From Candidatus Saccharimonadia bacterium (GTDB taxonomy: Bacteria; Patescibacteriota; Saccharimonadia; UBA4664), in assembly GCA_041743505.1 (NCBI GenBank), contig JBGTMQ010000017.1, positions 15,680 to 79,679 of the forward strand: a stretch of 64,000 nt of DNA, written 5' to 3'. Below the pieces are notes generated by a model, which saw nothing but the letters and a program-made list of their open reading frames with translations, was not told the origin of the DNA and searched no databases. The translations under genes were made by a program, and so were the position numbers. Shown piece after piece: positions 40,476 to 50,489 of this stretch. Within the stretch, counting starts at the first letter, position 1, and each line of letters opens with the position of its first letter.

Positions 40476-41867
40476 CTACACTCTCGCCGGCTGCACCGTT
40501 TTCAATCGCGTACCTATATCAATCGGGTACACCCCGTCAAAGGATGAGGTATTAAGCTTAGACCGCGGCCAGCCGGTCGCCTTAATCATGCCGTCAAACG
40601 ACAAAAAACCCAGCGACTCAGCCCCAATATGCCGGCGTATGCCCTCAACATCCATCCGCGCCGCAATCAGGTCATTTTGGTTCGGCGTATTAATCCCATA
40701 AAAATCCGGATACCTGATCGGCGGCGAGCTTACTAGTACATGAACTTCGCGGGCCCCGGCCCCGTGCAACATGTGCACAATCTGGCCGGTAGTTGTGCCC
40801 CGGACTATTGAATCATCAATCACAATCACCCGCTTGCCCATAATAGCCTCGGGCACCGGGTTGAGCTTGGTCCGGACTTCACGGTCGCGCATCGATTGGG
40901 TCGGCCGGATAAATGTGCGGTGAATATAGCGGTTTTTAATGAATCCGTGGTCAAACCGCACCCCCGACTCCTCGGCATACCCCAGCGCCGCCGGAATCGC
41001 CGAATCCGGCACCGGCACCACCACATCTGCCGGGGTTGGATACTCCCGGGCCAAGGTCCGGCCTAGTTCACGGCGGACTTCATTAACCTTGCGCCCCATC
41101 ACCCGGCTATCCGGCCGTGCAAAATAGACGTACTCAAACACATCGAGCTTAGTCCGGCTCTTAGCCAACTGCCGCGAACTGACGCCCGCTGCACTCACAC
41201 TGAGCATCTCGCCCGGCTTAATGTCGCGCAAGAAGCCTGCGCCAATCGTGTCAAAGGCGCACGTTTCTGATGCCACGGCAAAGCCGTCGGCCAGGCTACC
41301 CAAAGACAGCGGCCGGATGCCACACTCATCGCGAAAAGCCACCAGCGTATCCTTAATCATCACCACGCATGAAAACGCCCCGGTAAACAGGGGCCAGGCC
41401 AGCTCCACTGCATTAGCCAATCCTCTACCTTCACGCACATACGAGCCAATAGCCGCCGCCATCATCTGAGAGTCGTTCAAACCGGTGCGAACAATACCGC
41501 GCTGACCCAGAAAAGCCTCTAGCGCCAAGGTGGAGGGCAAGTTGCCGTTATGAGCAAAAGCGATGCCCAACTCCTCGTCCACAATCGGTTGTAGGTTACC
41601 GATGTATCCTCCCGATGTCGCGTAACGGTTATGACCGATCGCCACCTGGCCTCGTAAGTGCTTCAAATCCTTCTCGCTATAAACATGCGCCACCAAACCT
41701 GTATCACTGTGGCTATATAATTTACGCCCGTCAGAACTCGCAATACCCGAACTCTCTTGCCCTCGGTGCTGCAACGCCCACAACCCGTAGTACACTAACC
41801 GCGACGCGTCCGCGCTGGCCGTAAAGACGCCCATGACGCCGCACTTTTCGCCTAATTCCTGATCCAC
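40476..41867 (-). CDS. purF: Amidophosphoribosyltransferase
   Basis: Propeptide then CG; LQHRGQE, GHNRYAT, HNGN, FEYVYFARPDS, DDSIVRGTT. Confidence 0.96.
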   Translation of the reverse strand: MDQELGEKCGVMGVFTASADASRLVYYGLWALQHRGQESSGIASSDGRKLYSHSDTGLVAHVYSEKDLKHLRGQVAIGHNRYATSGGYIGNLQPIVDEELGIAFAHNGNLPSTLALEAFLGQRGIVRTGLNDSQMMAAAIGSYVREGRGLANAVELAWPLFTGAFSCVVMIKDTLVAFRDECGIRPLSLGSLADGFAVASETCAFDTIGAGFLRDIKPGEMLSVSAAGVSSRQLAKSRTKLDVFEYVYFARPDSRVMGRKVNEVRRELGRTLAREYPTPADVVVPVPDSAIPAALGYAEESGVRFDHGFIKNRYIHRTFIRPTQSMRDREVRTKLNPVPEAIMGKRVIVIDDSIVRGTTTGQIVHMLHGAGAREVHVLVSSPPIRYPDFYGINTPNQNDLIAARMDVEGIRRHIGAESLGFLSFDGMIKATGWPRSKLNTSSFDGVYPIDIGTRLKTVQPARV

Positions 41868-41939
41868 GCACCCACCCTTCTATTACTTTCATGGTATGGG
41901 CATCCGGCTAATGATTCAACACATGCCCACACAAATTAA

Positions 41940-42330
41940 TATGCCCGCCTCTTCGTAAAGAGACGGGCGAAAACATGTTTTGGTGATCTGCAGCTCACCA
42001 AAACATCGGTGTAGTGCTAACCACAAGGAAAATAGTGCGTGCACACACTATCCTCTAGCCCGTGGCGTCACAAGCAGGTGCACCTACTCATGACAGGTAA
42101 TTCGGAAAAGTTAGAAATATGACAGTACTGCATACAAACCTACATATAACCACGTTACGGTCTCTAGCTTCTGCTAGGGATGACTCATGCTCTTGAGCCC
42201 GCCCTTTCTTCCGCAAAACATATGAGCGATGAAAGGACAGGCATGTGGCCGGAGGTTACCGGTTAATGTCTGACCCATCAAGGATCATAGGTACTCGCGC
42301 AGGGTACAATTGGAATAAACCAAACAACCT
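41940..42330 (-). ncRNA. Candidate large structured RNA / 3' UTR
   Basis: About nine hairpins; G-U pairs favour the minus strand; three apical UGCA loops; final GC stem with UACG loop. Confidence 0.5.
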
Positions 42331-42332
42331 TG

Positions 42333-43145
42333 TCACCGGCGGGCCGCCCATGCGCACTCCCACGGCTGGAGGCCGCGCTTGTTGTACAGCATCTGAGCCC
42401 GCATGTCCTGCTCGGCCGGGCTGGCGTCAGCCGGATTGCCCTTGCCGCCCACACTACGCCACGTCGGCAGGTCAAACTGGTAAGCACCGTAGTGGCCATG
42501 CGGAGCGCGACTGCGGTAATTACCGCTCGACTCGCACTGGCGCAAGGCCGCCCAGTTAACGTTACCAGACATCCGGACATTACCCCGGGTCTTCGTCGAC
42601 GGCTTAGTCATGCTCTGGTGAGCCTGTAGCCTAACTTGACTACGCGGCTTAGTCTCCACCACCGGCTTCGGACCGGGGTCAGCGTCAGCCAGATGCTCTG
42701 ACCAAACAAACGCCCCATCCGGCAGCTTAAACCAATCCGGCTTACCCGTGCCGTAGGGATCCTGACCCTTCACCATGTCACCAACCGCAATCTTGTCCCG
42801 ATAGTTCAGTTGGCGCAGCGGCACATTGGCCGTGTTTGGCGCCAACCGGACATTGCGCGTGGATACTAGCACCCACTTTTCGCGTGGCACCACTACCGGC
42901 ACCGGAGGTTCCGCCGGAGTTACCGAAGCCAGAACCGGATTTGCGGGAGTCTGCGGCTGGTTAGCCGTTACGGTAGGGGTGGGGTTCGAGAATGCAGTGG
43001 CCTTACCGGCCACAACGCCGGCTACGTGCGGGTTCTGCTGGATGACAATGCCGGAGATAGCAAGTATGAGTATAATCACAGCGGCAATCCAATGCCGCGC
43101 CTTAAAGCGCCTCAACACTTGCCCGTATCGTTCGGCTCTCATCAT
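42333..43145 (-). CDS. Membrane-anchored Rpf-type transglycosylase with SH3-like domain
   Basis: N-terminal TM; NVRLAP...WFKLPDGAFVWSEHL; WAALRQCESSGNY...YGAYQFDLPTW.SVGG...EQD...GLQPWEC. Confidence 0.88.
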   Translation of the reverse strand: MMRAERYGQVLRRFKARHWIAAVIILILAISGIVIQQNPHVAGVVAGKATAFSNPTPTVTANQPQTPANPVLASVTPAEPPVPVVVPREKWVLVSTRNVRLAPNTANVPLRQLNYRDKIAVGDMVKGQDPYGTGKPDWFKLPDGAFVWSEHLADADPGPKPVVETKPRSQVRLQAHQSMTKPSTKTRGNVRMSGNVNWAALRQCESSGNYRSRAPHGHYGAYQFDLPTWRSVGGKGNPADASPAEQDMRAQMLYNKRGLQPWECAWAARR

Positions 43146-43306
43146 ATTCCTTTCCTAGAGGGAAGGTACCTGCGACTGGGCTGCAGGTGCAGCTCGCAGA
43201 AGCAATGTATGGGTATATCACAAGCTATTTTTCAGTGTCAATCTTGTCAAATCAAATAAAAAGAGGCCTCGTAGGGCCTCTTTTTATGGTTTGTATAGCT
43301 TTTTAT

Positions 43307-44410
43307 CTAGCGCAAATAGTCTTTTAGTTTCTTGCTCTCACGGTGTTTTCTTAGCTTTGCCAAGGCCTTTGCCTCAATCTGGCGGATACGCTCGCGCGTC
43401 ACGCCAAACTCTTGACCAACTTCTTCCAATGTGTGACTGCGACCATCTTCCAAACCGAACCGCATCCGCAAAATCTTCTGTTCGCGGGGCGTTAACAGCG
43501 CCAGTACGCCATTCACATGCTCTTTGAGTAGCTGGTGAGTGGCAGCCTCTTCCGGCGTCAGCGAATCCTCATCAGCGATAAAGTCACCCAGCTGAGAATC
43601 CTCTTCCTCACCAACCGGCGCCTCCAGCGACACAATATCCTGCTTGATCTTCAGGATATGATTGACCTTGTCAACATCCATCTCCATCTCAGCAGCAATT
43701 TCCTCCGGAAGCGGCTCACGGCCTAGCTCCTGCACCAAGCGGCGCTGCGTTCGGATAAGCTTGTTGATGGTCTCCACCATATGCACCGGGATACGAATAG
43801 TACGGGCTTGATCAGCAATCGCCCGGGTAATGGCCTGGCGGATCCACCAGGTAGCATAGGTCGAGAACTTGTACCCCTTGGTGTAGTCAAACTTCTCCAC
43901 CGCTCGCAACAAGCCGGTGTTACCTTCCTGAATCAGGTCTAGTAGGTCCAAGCCTCGGCCAATGTACTTTTTGGCAATCGAAACCACCAGCCGCATGTTG
44001 GCCTCGGCCATCGCGTCCTTAGCCGCCTTATCACCCGACTCAATGCGCTTAGCCAGCATTACTTCCTGCTCACCAGTCAACAGCGGGATCTTACCAATCT
44101 CGCGCAGGTACAACCGGACGCTATCGTCAGCAATATCTTTAATGTAATCCTCACCACCAGCCGGGTCCTCATCATCTTTGTCCCAGATCAAGGCGTCCTT
44201 CTGGTCGGTAATCTCCACGCCTTGCTCTAACAACGCAGCGTAAAGTTCGTCGAGCTCTTCCAGATTCTCCTCGGCTTCGGGCAACACACCAGCAATCTCC
44301 TGCTGGGTCACATACCCTTGTTCCTTACCCTTGGCAATCAGACGCTCAACTTCAGGAGAGTAGCCCCCGGTCTGTTCCAGAGTCTCCTCATCTACGGATT
44401 TTTTGGCCAA
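43307..44410 (-). CDS. rpoD: Primary RNA polymerase sigma factor
   Basis: [59 protein letters not shown]. Confidence 0.99.
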   Translation of the reverse strand: MAKKSVDEETLEQTGGYSPEVERLIAKGKEQGYVTQQEIAGVLPEAEENLEELDELYAALLEQGVEITDQKDALIWDKDDEDPAGGEDYIKDIADDSVRLYLREIGKIPLLTGEQEVMLAKRIESGDKAAKDAMAEANMRLVVSIAKKYIGRGLDLLDLIQEGNTGLLRAVEKFDYTKGYKFSTYATWWIRQAITRAIADQARTIRIPVHMVETINKLIRTQRRLVQELGREPLPEEIAAEMEMDVDKVNHILKIKQDIVSLEAPVGEEEDSQLGDFIADEDSLTPEEAATHQLLKEHVNGVLALLTPREQKILRMRFGLEDGRSHTLEEVGQEFGVTRERIRQIEAKALAKLRKHRESKKLKDYLR

Positions 44411-44412
44411 AG

Positions 44413-46191
44413 TTAGACCTCCTCGTCATTTATAGCCTGAATTTGCAATGTCAGGCTATCAATAAGTTGCGCGTCACCTAGGCTTTCGGCTTCACGCAAT
44501 TGATTAATCAAAATTTGTTTGAGCTCTTTGTTCGATGCCGTTTGCAGCCTTCTGACCAGCTCGAATGCCTCGATACTGCGGTCTGCTGGAGTAAGTTCGG
44601 CAAATTGCCGCTCGCCCACTAACAATAAGATATTAATATCTTTTGACAGGTCTGTCAACGTTGCCGCTAGCGCTTCCCCCGGCTCATCACGACTCGTCCG
44701 CAAACCCCGAAAAATGGCTTGGTACTCAAAAGAACTAAAGTCCCGCTCATGCAAATCATCGAGGCTGAGGCGCGTCAGCGGATAACTCAGCGCTAGCGCC
44801 AACACTAGCCTCTCCAGCTGAATCCGGGCGCCCGGACGGGACGCAGCCTGGACCTTGGCACGAGGCGACTCAGCCTCAAACCTCCCCGAATCACTTTGAG
44901 CAGCTCTTGACCCTTCGTCAACCTGTTCCGATAACTTTGCCTTAACAGCCTCCTCCGCCACCCCCACCCGCTCAGCCAACAGTTTAACGTAATGATCTCT
45001 CTCCACCGGATCACCCAGCCGCCGCAAATTCGCCGCCAACCGGTCAGTATACTGCCGCTTCCCAATAGCCGATTTCAAGTCAAAATCCTTCTCAAACCGG
45101 TCAAACAAGTAATCGACAATATACTTGGCATCAATAATCGCCTTTGTCCAGGCTTCCACCCCCCGCTCTTGGATCAACTCATCCGCATCCTTAATCCCCT
45201 CAGGTACCTCAACCATCCGCAAGGTCAGACCCAGCTTCTGACCCAGCTCAATCGCCCGCTCGGTAGCAGCCAAACCCGCTCGGTCAGCGTCAAAAGCCAG
45301 CTTAATGTTCTTGGTCAGCTTGCTCAGCGTCCGCAGCTGCTCCATCGTCAGCGCCGTGCCGCTAGCCGCTACCACGTGGCATACTCCCGCCTGATGACTA
45401 GCAATCACGTCCATGTTCCCTTCCACCAGCACTACTTCGCCATTCGATCGAATCGCCTCTTTGGCTAGATGAAGCCCATAAATCGCCAGGCTCTTGTCAT
45501 ACAGAGGACTCTGCGGTGTATTGAGATACTTCGGCCCCGAATCATCCAGCACCCGGCCCGTAAACCCGATCGGCCGGCCATCCCGGTCGTGGATCGTAAA
45601 CATTATTCGACCCCGAAAAAGGTCATATATCGTACTCCGACCTTGTTTCTGACCCGCCAGTCCGCCTTGCAATAACTCCTGGTTTTTGTAACCATTTTTC
45701 GCCAAAAAATCCGTCAGCGCATCCCAAGAATCCGGCGCATACCCGATCTGAAAATCCTTAACGGTCTGCTTCGTCAAGTGACGCTTCTTAATGACATAAT
45801 CAAGCGCCTTCTTGTTCTGCACCAAACTCGCCTGAAAGTACTTTACTGCTAGCTCATGAGCCGCCAACAACCGTTCCCGGCGCTGCCTAGCCTCCACGTC
45901 TTCACCACGACGAGCCTTAAGCTCCACTCCTGCCTGACGGGCCAGTTTCTCCAGCGCCTCCCGAAAATCGATCCCCTCCATCTTCATCACAAAGCTAAAA
46001 ACGTCACCACCTTCCTGACAACCGAAACAGTGGTAAATGCCCTTTTCCGGACTCACCATAAAACTAGCTGATTTCTCAGCGTGAAATGGACACGGCGCCT
46101 TCAAATTACGCCCTGCCTGTTTCAGCGGCAAATACGCCCCCACTACCTCGACTATTTCCAGCCGGTTCTTGACTTCCGCCACTTCATCCAT
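44413..46191 (-). CDS. dnaG: DNA primase
   Basis: CPFH...CFGC zinc finger, PKYLNTP, VEGNMDV, FDADRAG, KDADE. Confidence 0.98.
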   Translation of the reverse strand: MDEVAEVKNRLEIVEVVGAYLPLKQAGRNLKAPCPFHAEKSASFMVSPEKGIYHCFGCQEGGDVFSFVMKMEGIDFREALEKLARQAGVELKARRGEDVEARQRRERLLAAHELAVKYFQASLVQNKKALDYVIKKRHLTKQTVKDFQIGYAPDSWDALTDFLAKNGYKNQELLQGGLAGQKQGRSTIYDLFRGRIMFTIHDRDGRPIGFTGRVLDDSGPKYLNTPQSPLYDKSLAIYGLHLAKEAIRSNGEVVLVEGNMDVIASHQAGVCHVVAASGTALTMEQLRTLSKLTKNIKLAFDADRAGLAATERAIELGQKLGLTLRMVEVPEGIKDADELIQERGVEAWTKAIIDAKYIVDYLFDRFEKDFDLKSAIGKRQYTDRLAANLRRLGDPVERDHYVKLLAERVGVAEEAVKAKLSEQVDEGSRAAQSDSGRFEAESPRAKVQAASRPGARIQLERLVLALALSYPLTRLSLDDLHERDFSSFEYQAIFRGLRTSRDEPGEALAATLTDLSKDINILLLVGERQFAELTPADRSIEAFELVRRLQTASNKELKQILINQLREAESLGDAQLIDSLTLQIQAINDEEV

Positions 46192-46292
46192 AGCTTCATT
46201 ATAACCTGGCACCAGGGGTCATGCGAACAAAAAGCGAATAAAAAACCGTCCCCAACCTTAAAAGTCAGGGACGGAAGTACTGTTATCTGGGA

Positions 46293-46454
46293 CTACTCGT
46301 TCAGACTGTCATAAATCTGCTTAAATCGGTCCCGTGCCTGCTTGGCCTCCGGATCCTCCGGATACATCCTCAACTCTCTCTCAGCTCGCTCTAAATCACG
46401 TTTTGCCTGGGCGAGAGCCTTTTTATTCAGCTCCTCATCATCAGACGAACCCAT
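46293..46454 (-). CDS. 53-aa helical small protein
   Basis: GAGGAG SD; MGSSDDEELNKKALAQAKRDLERAERELRMYPEDPEAKQARDRFKQIYDSLNE; followed by a terminator at ~46238-46275. Confidence 0.6.
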   Translation of the reverse strand: MGSSDDEELNKKALAQAKRDLERAERELRMYPEDPEAKQARDRFKQIYDSLNE

Positions 46455-46530
46455 TTCAACCAGCTCCTCAGATTAATCAGCCCCTGAACCTAAGGTCCAG
46501 GGGCACGAACGCTAACAAAAACGTAACTCA

Positions 46531-46692
46531 TCACTCCAGCGGCGGACATTTGCAGTTGATGCAGTATTTGTTCGTACCTCTGCATTCACTGCATCCAGTG
46601 TGACTATTAGCCTTGACTGAGCATGTATACACATCACGCTCATTGCACCGTCTGCATAGCTCACCATGCAGGTGCCTTCGATTGCGAGGCAA
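46531..46692 (-). CDS. 53-aa Cys-rich (zinc-finger-like) small protein
   Basis: GGAGGT SD; MPRNRRHLHGELCRRCNERDVYTCSVKANSHTGCSECRGTNKYCINCKCPPLE with three CxxC. Confidence 0.6.
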   Translation of the reverse strand: MPRNRRHLHGELCRRCNERDVYTCSVKANSHTGCSECRGTNKYCINCKCPPLE

Positions 46693-46812
46693 GGTCGTCG
46701 CCACCTCCTCGGTCGTATGATGATTTATCTCGCCGAATTGTTATATCACTTATCGAGCTTTTTGTACAAGATGCACGCCCACAACTAAGGAAACCCAACC
46801 ACAGGCCCACTC

Positions 46813-46872
46813 TAAATGTAAGCAACTTACATATAAACTTACCGTAAATAAATGTAAGTTACTTACATTTAG
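46813..46872. promoter_or_regulatory. Tandem palindromic operator sites ATGTAAG-N3-CTTACAT
   Basis: taaATGTAAGcaaCTTACAT and taaATGTAAGttaCTTACATtta. Confidence 0.65.
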
Positions 46873-46909
46873 TGAAAGGGTAAATACCTAAAGGCGCCGG
46901 ACCAACTGG

Positions 46910-47914
46910 CTAACCCAAGTTACTCCAGGTCGAATCCAGCTCACGCCCCTCCATCAGCCGCACAGTCTGCCCGATCGTCTTATTGGCCAATGGCCTCTCA
47001 CCCGCAAACCGGGCAAAATCCGTTACCCGGTGGCTATCAATCCCAATCGTCACTAGCACACCTGTCCGCTCAGCCATACCACGCAACCGGCGCTCATCCG
47101 CCTCCACCTGGTTATCCATGAAACCCGAGCGCACCTCTACCCCATCCAGCCGCCCGTCGCGCAAAAACCCTTCCAGCATATCAGCGTCAATCTTGCGCTT
47201 AATAGTCGGCCAATGCGCCATCACTGCCACCCCTCCAGCACCCCGGATCAGCTCCACACTCCGGTCCATATCAATCGAGTATAAGTAATCCACATAAACA
47301 TCCGGCACGTACGCGTCATCAGATAAAAACAACCAGTACGGATGGTCAGTCACATCCCGCTCCAGCATTCGCATATATTTCATCGCCACATCCGGACTGG
47401 TGACAGCCGAGCGCGCCATATCAGCTTTAATACCTTCCATCACAGCCTCATTCTCAGCATGAGATTTCAGTGCCCGCACAATATGAGGACGACCCACGCT
47501 CTCGCCACCTGAAGCCGCCAAACAGTCATCTTCGCTAATGGTAAAGCCAATCCCCCGCAAATTAGCCACGATCCGCTGCATCCGCTCAGCCCGGGCCACC
47601 AGCGCCTGACGGCAATGCTCCTGCAACGCCGGATCAGTTGGATCGGTAAACAAACCCAAAATATGGAACATGCTAGCCGCACCGCCCCCCAACTCCCGGG
47701 GCAAACCACTACTAATCTCACACCCGACCAGCCATTTGACCGGCCCGGTATACGCCCTAAGCACCTCTAAATCAGAGGTACTCGGCAGCGTATCGTGGTC
47801 ACAAAACGCCACCACACCAAAACCCGTCTGCTCAGCCGTAGCCAAAACCTCAGTGTAATTCTGGTCTCCATCCGAAGCCGTCGTATGATTATGCAGCGAC
47901 TCGTAAGCCAGCAT
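46910..47914 (-). CDS. PHP-domain phosphoesterase
   Basis: LHNHTTASDG, CDHDT, GCEIS, HILG, GRPHI, AHW, GIDSH. Confidence 0.92.
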   Translation of the reverse strand: MLAYESLHNHTTASDGDQNYTEVLATAEQTGFGVVAFCDHDTLPSTSDLEVLRAYTGPVKWLVGCEISSGLPRELGGGAASMFHILGLFTDPTDPALQEHCRQALVARAERMQRIVANLRGIGFTISEDDCLAASGGESVGRPHIVRALKSHAENEAVMEGIKADMARSAVTSPDVAMKYMRMLERDVTDHPYWLFLSDDAYVPDVYVDYLYSIDMDRSVELIRGAGGVAVMAHWPTIKRKIDADMLEGFLRDGRLDGVEVRSGFMDNQVEADERRLRGMAERTGVLVTIGIDSHRVTDFARFAGERPLANKTIGQTVRLMEGRELDSTWSNLG

Positions 47915-48324
47915 TACTTGGGCCGGTCCGCTAACCGGTAGACAAACTTCAGTCCGGACCAATCATCGGTCAAAGCCGCAACCTTCACATCGACCAAGCC
48001 TACCGCCAGACCTAACTCCCGCACCGTAGTCTCACTCAAACCAGTATGCAACGGCGAAGTCCGCTTGGCCCAACTCACCCATAACATCCCATCGGACAGC
48101 AAATGACGCTTCAGATTAGGCAAAACAGCCTCAAGCTGCTCAGTACTGGTCGCAAAATATTGAATAAAATCAAACACCCCCGACAGCCGCGTCACCATAT
48201 CCACCCGCTCAGGCAACTCCGGCATCAACCCCACATAATCCTTGGGCGCCCGCAATAAAATCACCCGCGAACCCGCGCGCACTCCCAATTTCTCAATTAA
48301 AGGTCGTTGCGAATAACCTGCCAT
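47914..48324 (-). CDS. DUF3052-like protein
   Basis: MAGYSQRPLIEKLG, LWVSWAK, GLVDVKV, WSGLKF. Confidence 0.8.
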   Translation of the reverse strand: MAGYSQRPLIEKLGVRAGSRVILLRAPKDYVGLMPELPERVDMVTRLSGVFDFIQYFATSTEQLEAVLPNLKRHLLSDGMLWVSWAKRTSPLHTGLSETTVRELGLAVGLVDVKVAALTDDWSGLKFVYRLADRPK

Positions 48325-48339
48325 AATGAGTATCCTACG

Positions 48340-49140
48340 CTATGCCAAACAGTATCGTCCATCCGCTTGGCGAATAATAAACCCTTCCTGCACCAACGCC
48401 GCTAGCACGATCTCCAGCCGCCCGTCCTCGATAACAAACTCACCCGCCAACCGCGGCCGCTCCAGCAGTTGCCGCAACACCTCACCCCGTAGCTGCCGCA
48501 AACTACCCTCAAACTTACTCTGCACCGCATAATGCTTGCTGCGCCGGTTCGGATTCGGCACCCGCTTCGCCAAGTCTGCCCCATAGTCCATCAGCGCGTG
48601 GTACCACTCACGCGGGTGCTCCCGGTCCAGCGCCACCTCAATCACCGGTCGCAGCTCCGCATCAGTCACATCGTCGCGGTCGGCAAAAAACTCATGGATA
48701 AACACCCGCCGGATATTAGTCTCAATAAAAATCACCGGCTCGTCATACGCAAACGCCGCTATGCTACCCGCCGTATTCGGACCGATTCCCGGCAGCCGCA
48801 CCAACACCGCCGGATCACGTGGCAGCACACCATCAAACTCATCCACCACCATCGCCGCCGCCCGCTCTAGCCACAAAGCCCGCCGGTTATAGCCCATGCC
48901 CTGCCAAGCCGCCAACAACTCAGTCACACCAGCCCCGGCCAGTGCCTCAAAATCCGAAAAAACTCGCAGCCATTCCGGATACTTAACCAGCACCCGGCTG
49001 ACCTGCGTCTGCTGCAGCATTACCTCACTCACAAACACCTGATACGGCGTAGGATCATGCCGCCAAGGCAAGTCACGGCCATAATCCCGGTAGAAATCCC
49101 AAACCTTTTCTTGAAATAGGCTATACTTGAAATTATCCAT
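48340..49140 (-). CDS. mutY: MutY-like A/G-specific adenine glycosylase (short form)
   Basis: RDLPWR, VSEVMLQQTQV, WQGMGYNRRA, LPGIGPNTAG. Confidence 0.88.
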   Translation of the reverse strand: MDNFKYSLFQEKVWDFYRDYGRDLPWRHDPTPYQVFVSEVMLQQTQVSRVLVKYPEWLRVFSDFEALAGAGVTELLAAWQGMGYNRRALWLERAAAMVVDEFDGVLPRDPAVLVRLPGIGPNTAGSIAAFAYDEPVIFIETNIRRVFIHEFFADRDDVTDAELRPVIEVALDREHPREWYHALMDYGADLAKRVPNPNRRSKHYAVQSKFEGSLRQLRGEVLRQLLERPRLAGEFVIEDGRLEIVLAALVQEGFIIRQADGRYCLA

Positions 49141-49190
49141 ACAATATGGTATTTTAACCCGGTTCCTTGCCAACTAGAAGAGGTGATCTC

Positions 49191-49616
49191 ATGCCATCCT
49201 GGAACAGGCGTTCTAAGGCCCAAACCGTGAGACCGGACCGGCCCGACCCGGATCCCGTCATCGAAGCCCGCCTCCAGCAGCTCGATGAACTTGCAACCCA
49301 AAACACCGTCAAGCGCGGGCAAATCAACGACTACCGCGCTGAAATCAACCTGCTTCATTCTCAACTGCGGAGCTTCGCCCATAAGGCAGCGAGTGCCACC
49401 TATACTTCCGATGAGACTAAGTACAAGACTCAAATCAAAACCGGTGAAGCTCGCATCGAACAACTCCAGGATGAAATCCGCCAGCTGGAAGCCGGCATCA
49501 ACGCCAACCACGAGCAGATCATCACATATCACGAGCAAATTGTGGCGCATCGCCAGTCGCTCGCGCAAGCCCGCGACGACATGATCCTCCGCTATAAACC
49601 CCCGACCGACACATAG
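49191..49616 (+). CDS. Coiled-coil protein, paralog 1
   Basis: PDPDPVIEARLQQLDEL; GAGGTG SD. Confidence 0.75.
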   Translation: MPSWNRRSKAQTVRPDRPDPDPVIEARLQQLDELATQNTVKRGQINDYRAEINLLHSQLRSFAHKAASATYTSDETKYKTQIKTGEARIEQLQDEIRQLEAGINANHEQIITYHEQIVAHRQSLAQARDDMILRYKPPTDT

Positions 49617-49647
49617 CCGGCCCAAACCTAGCGAAAAGAGGCCAGTC

Positions 49648-50043
49648 GTGGCTCTCCTACGACGCCGACGTTCCACGCCCGAACCCTCACCCCCAACTCG
49701 GCCGACTCATCCGGATCCGGCTATCGAAGCCAAGCTTCAGCAGCTCGATAGCCTACGCCAACGAGTCAAGGACAAAGAAGAGCAGGTTAAGCAGTACGGA
49801 TACGAAATAGCCCAACTCCACATTTTAAATCGGGAGTTAAGCGCCGATGCCGCCTCGGGATACTCAAGCTACGATAGCTGCCAGGGTCAGATCGAAAGTA
49901 ATGACGGCCGGATCGAAGCACTCGCTAGCGCCACCACTCAGCTCGAGCAGGAAATCGACACCGCTCACGAGCGCATCGTTGCATTAATTGCTGATCTGAG
50001 CAAAACAGTCGAAAAAGAGTTTCTCAGCTACTTCATCCAGTAG
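49648..50043 (+). CDS. Coiled-coil protein, paralog 2
   Basis: HPDPAIEAKLQQLDSL. Confidence 0.75.
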   Translation: MALLRRRRSTPEPSPPTRPTHPDPAIEAKLQQLDSLRQRVKDKEEQVKQYGYEIAQLHILNRELSADAASGYSSYDSCQGQIESNDGRIEALASATTQLEQEIDTAHERIVALIADLSKTVEKEFLSYFIQ

Positions 50044-50066
50044 CCCTAAACGAGAAAGGCTGTGCT

Positions 50067-50450
50067 ATGCGCTTCCTCCGCCCCAAAGTCGCCACACCAC
50101 CACCGCGCGCACCCGACCCGGACCCTGTAGTCGAAACCCGGTTGCAGCAACTCGACGAGCTGGCCTCGCAAAACTCCTTTAAGCGTACTCAGATGGGTCA
50201 GTACCAGACCGAGATTCAGAAGCTATATGACGATATGCGGGCTCTCGAACACAGAGCTCAGAGCTCATACTACAGAAAAGGGGAGGCTCAACGTCAGGGC
50301 CCTGTAACCGAGCGGCGTATCGCGCAGCTGCAAGCCGAAATTCGAACACTCGAGAGTGATATCCAGGCCAATCTGGCCCGAGCTACTGAAGTCAGGCGCC
50401 AGATCGAGCAGGAACGGTTCAGAGACATCAGAGACTTCAAAGCCAACTAG
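50067..50450 (+). CDS. Coiled-coil protein, paralog 3
   Basis: PDPDPVVETRLQQLDEL. Confidence 0.75.
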   Translation: MRFLRPKVATPPPRAPDPDPVVETRLQQLDELASQNSFKRTQMGQYQTEIQKLYDDMRALEHRAQSSYYRKGEAQRQGPVTERRIAQLQAEIRTLESDIQANLARATEVRRQIEQERFRDIRDFKAN

Positions 50451-50489
50451 TCTGTAGCGCCCCGGAAGTTTCCGGGGCGCTAATCATTT

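Noticed and set aside
41940-42330. RNase P RNA or tmRNA
   Set aside because: No GAGGAAAGUCC-type P4 motif and no tRNA-like T-arm/CCA end seen on either strand.
46293-46454. Frameshift at a (GA)n run
   Set aside because: Recounting shows 162 nt in a single open frame.
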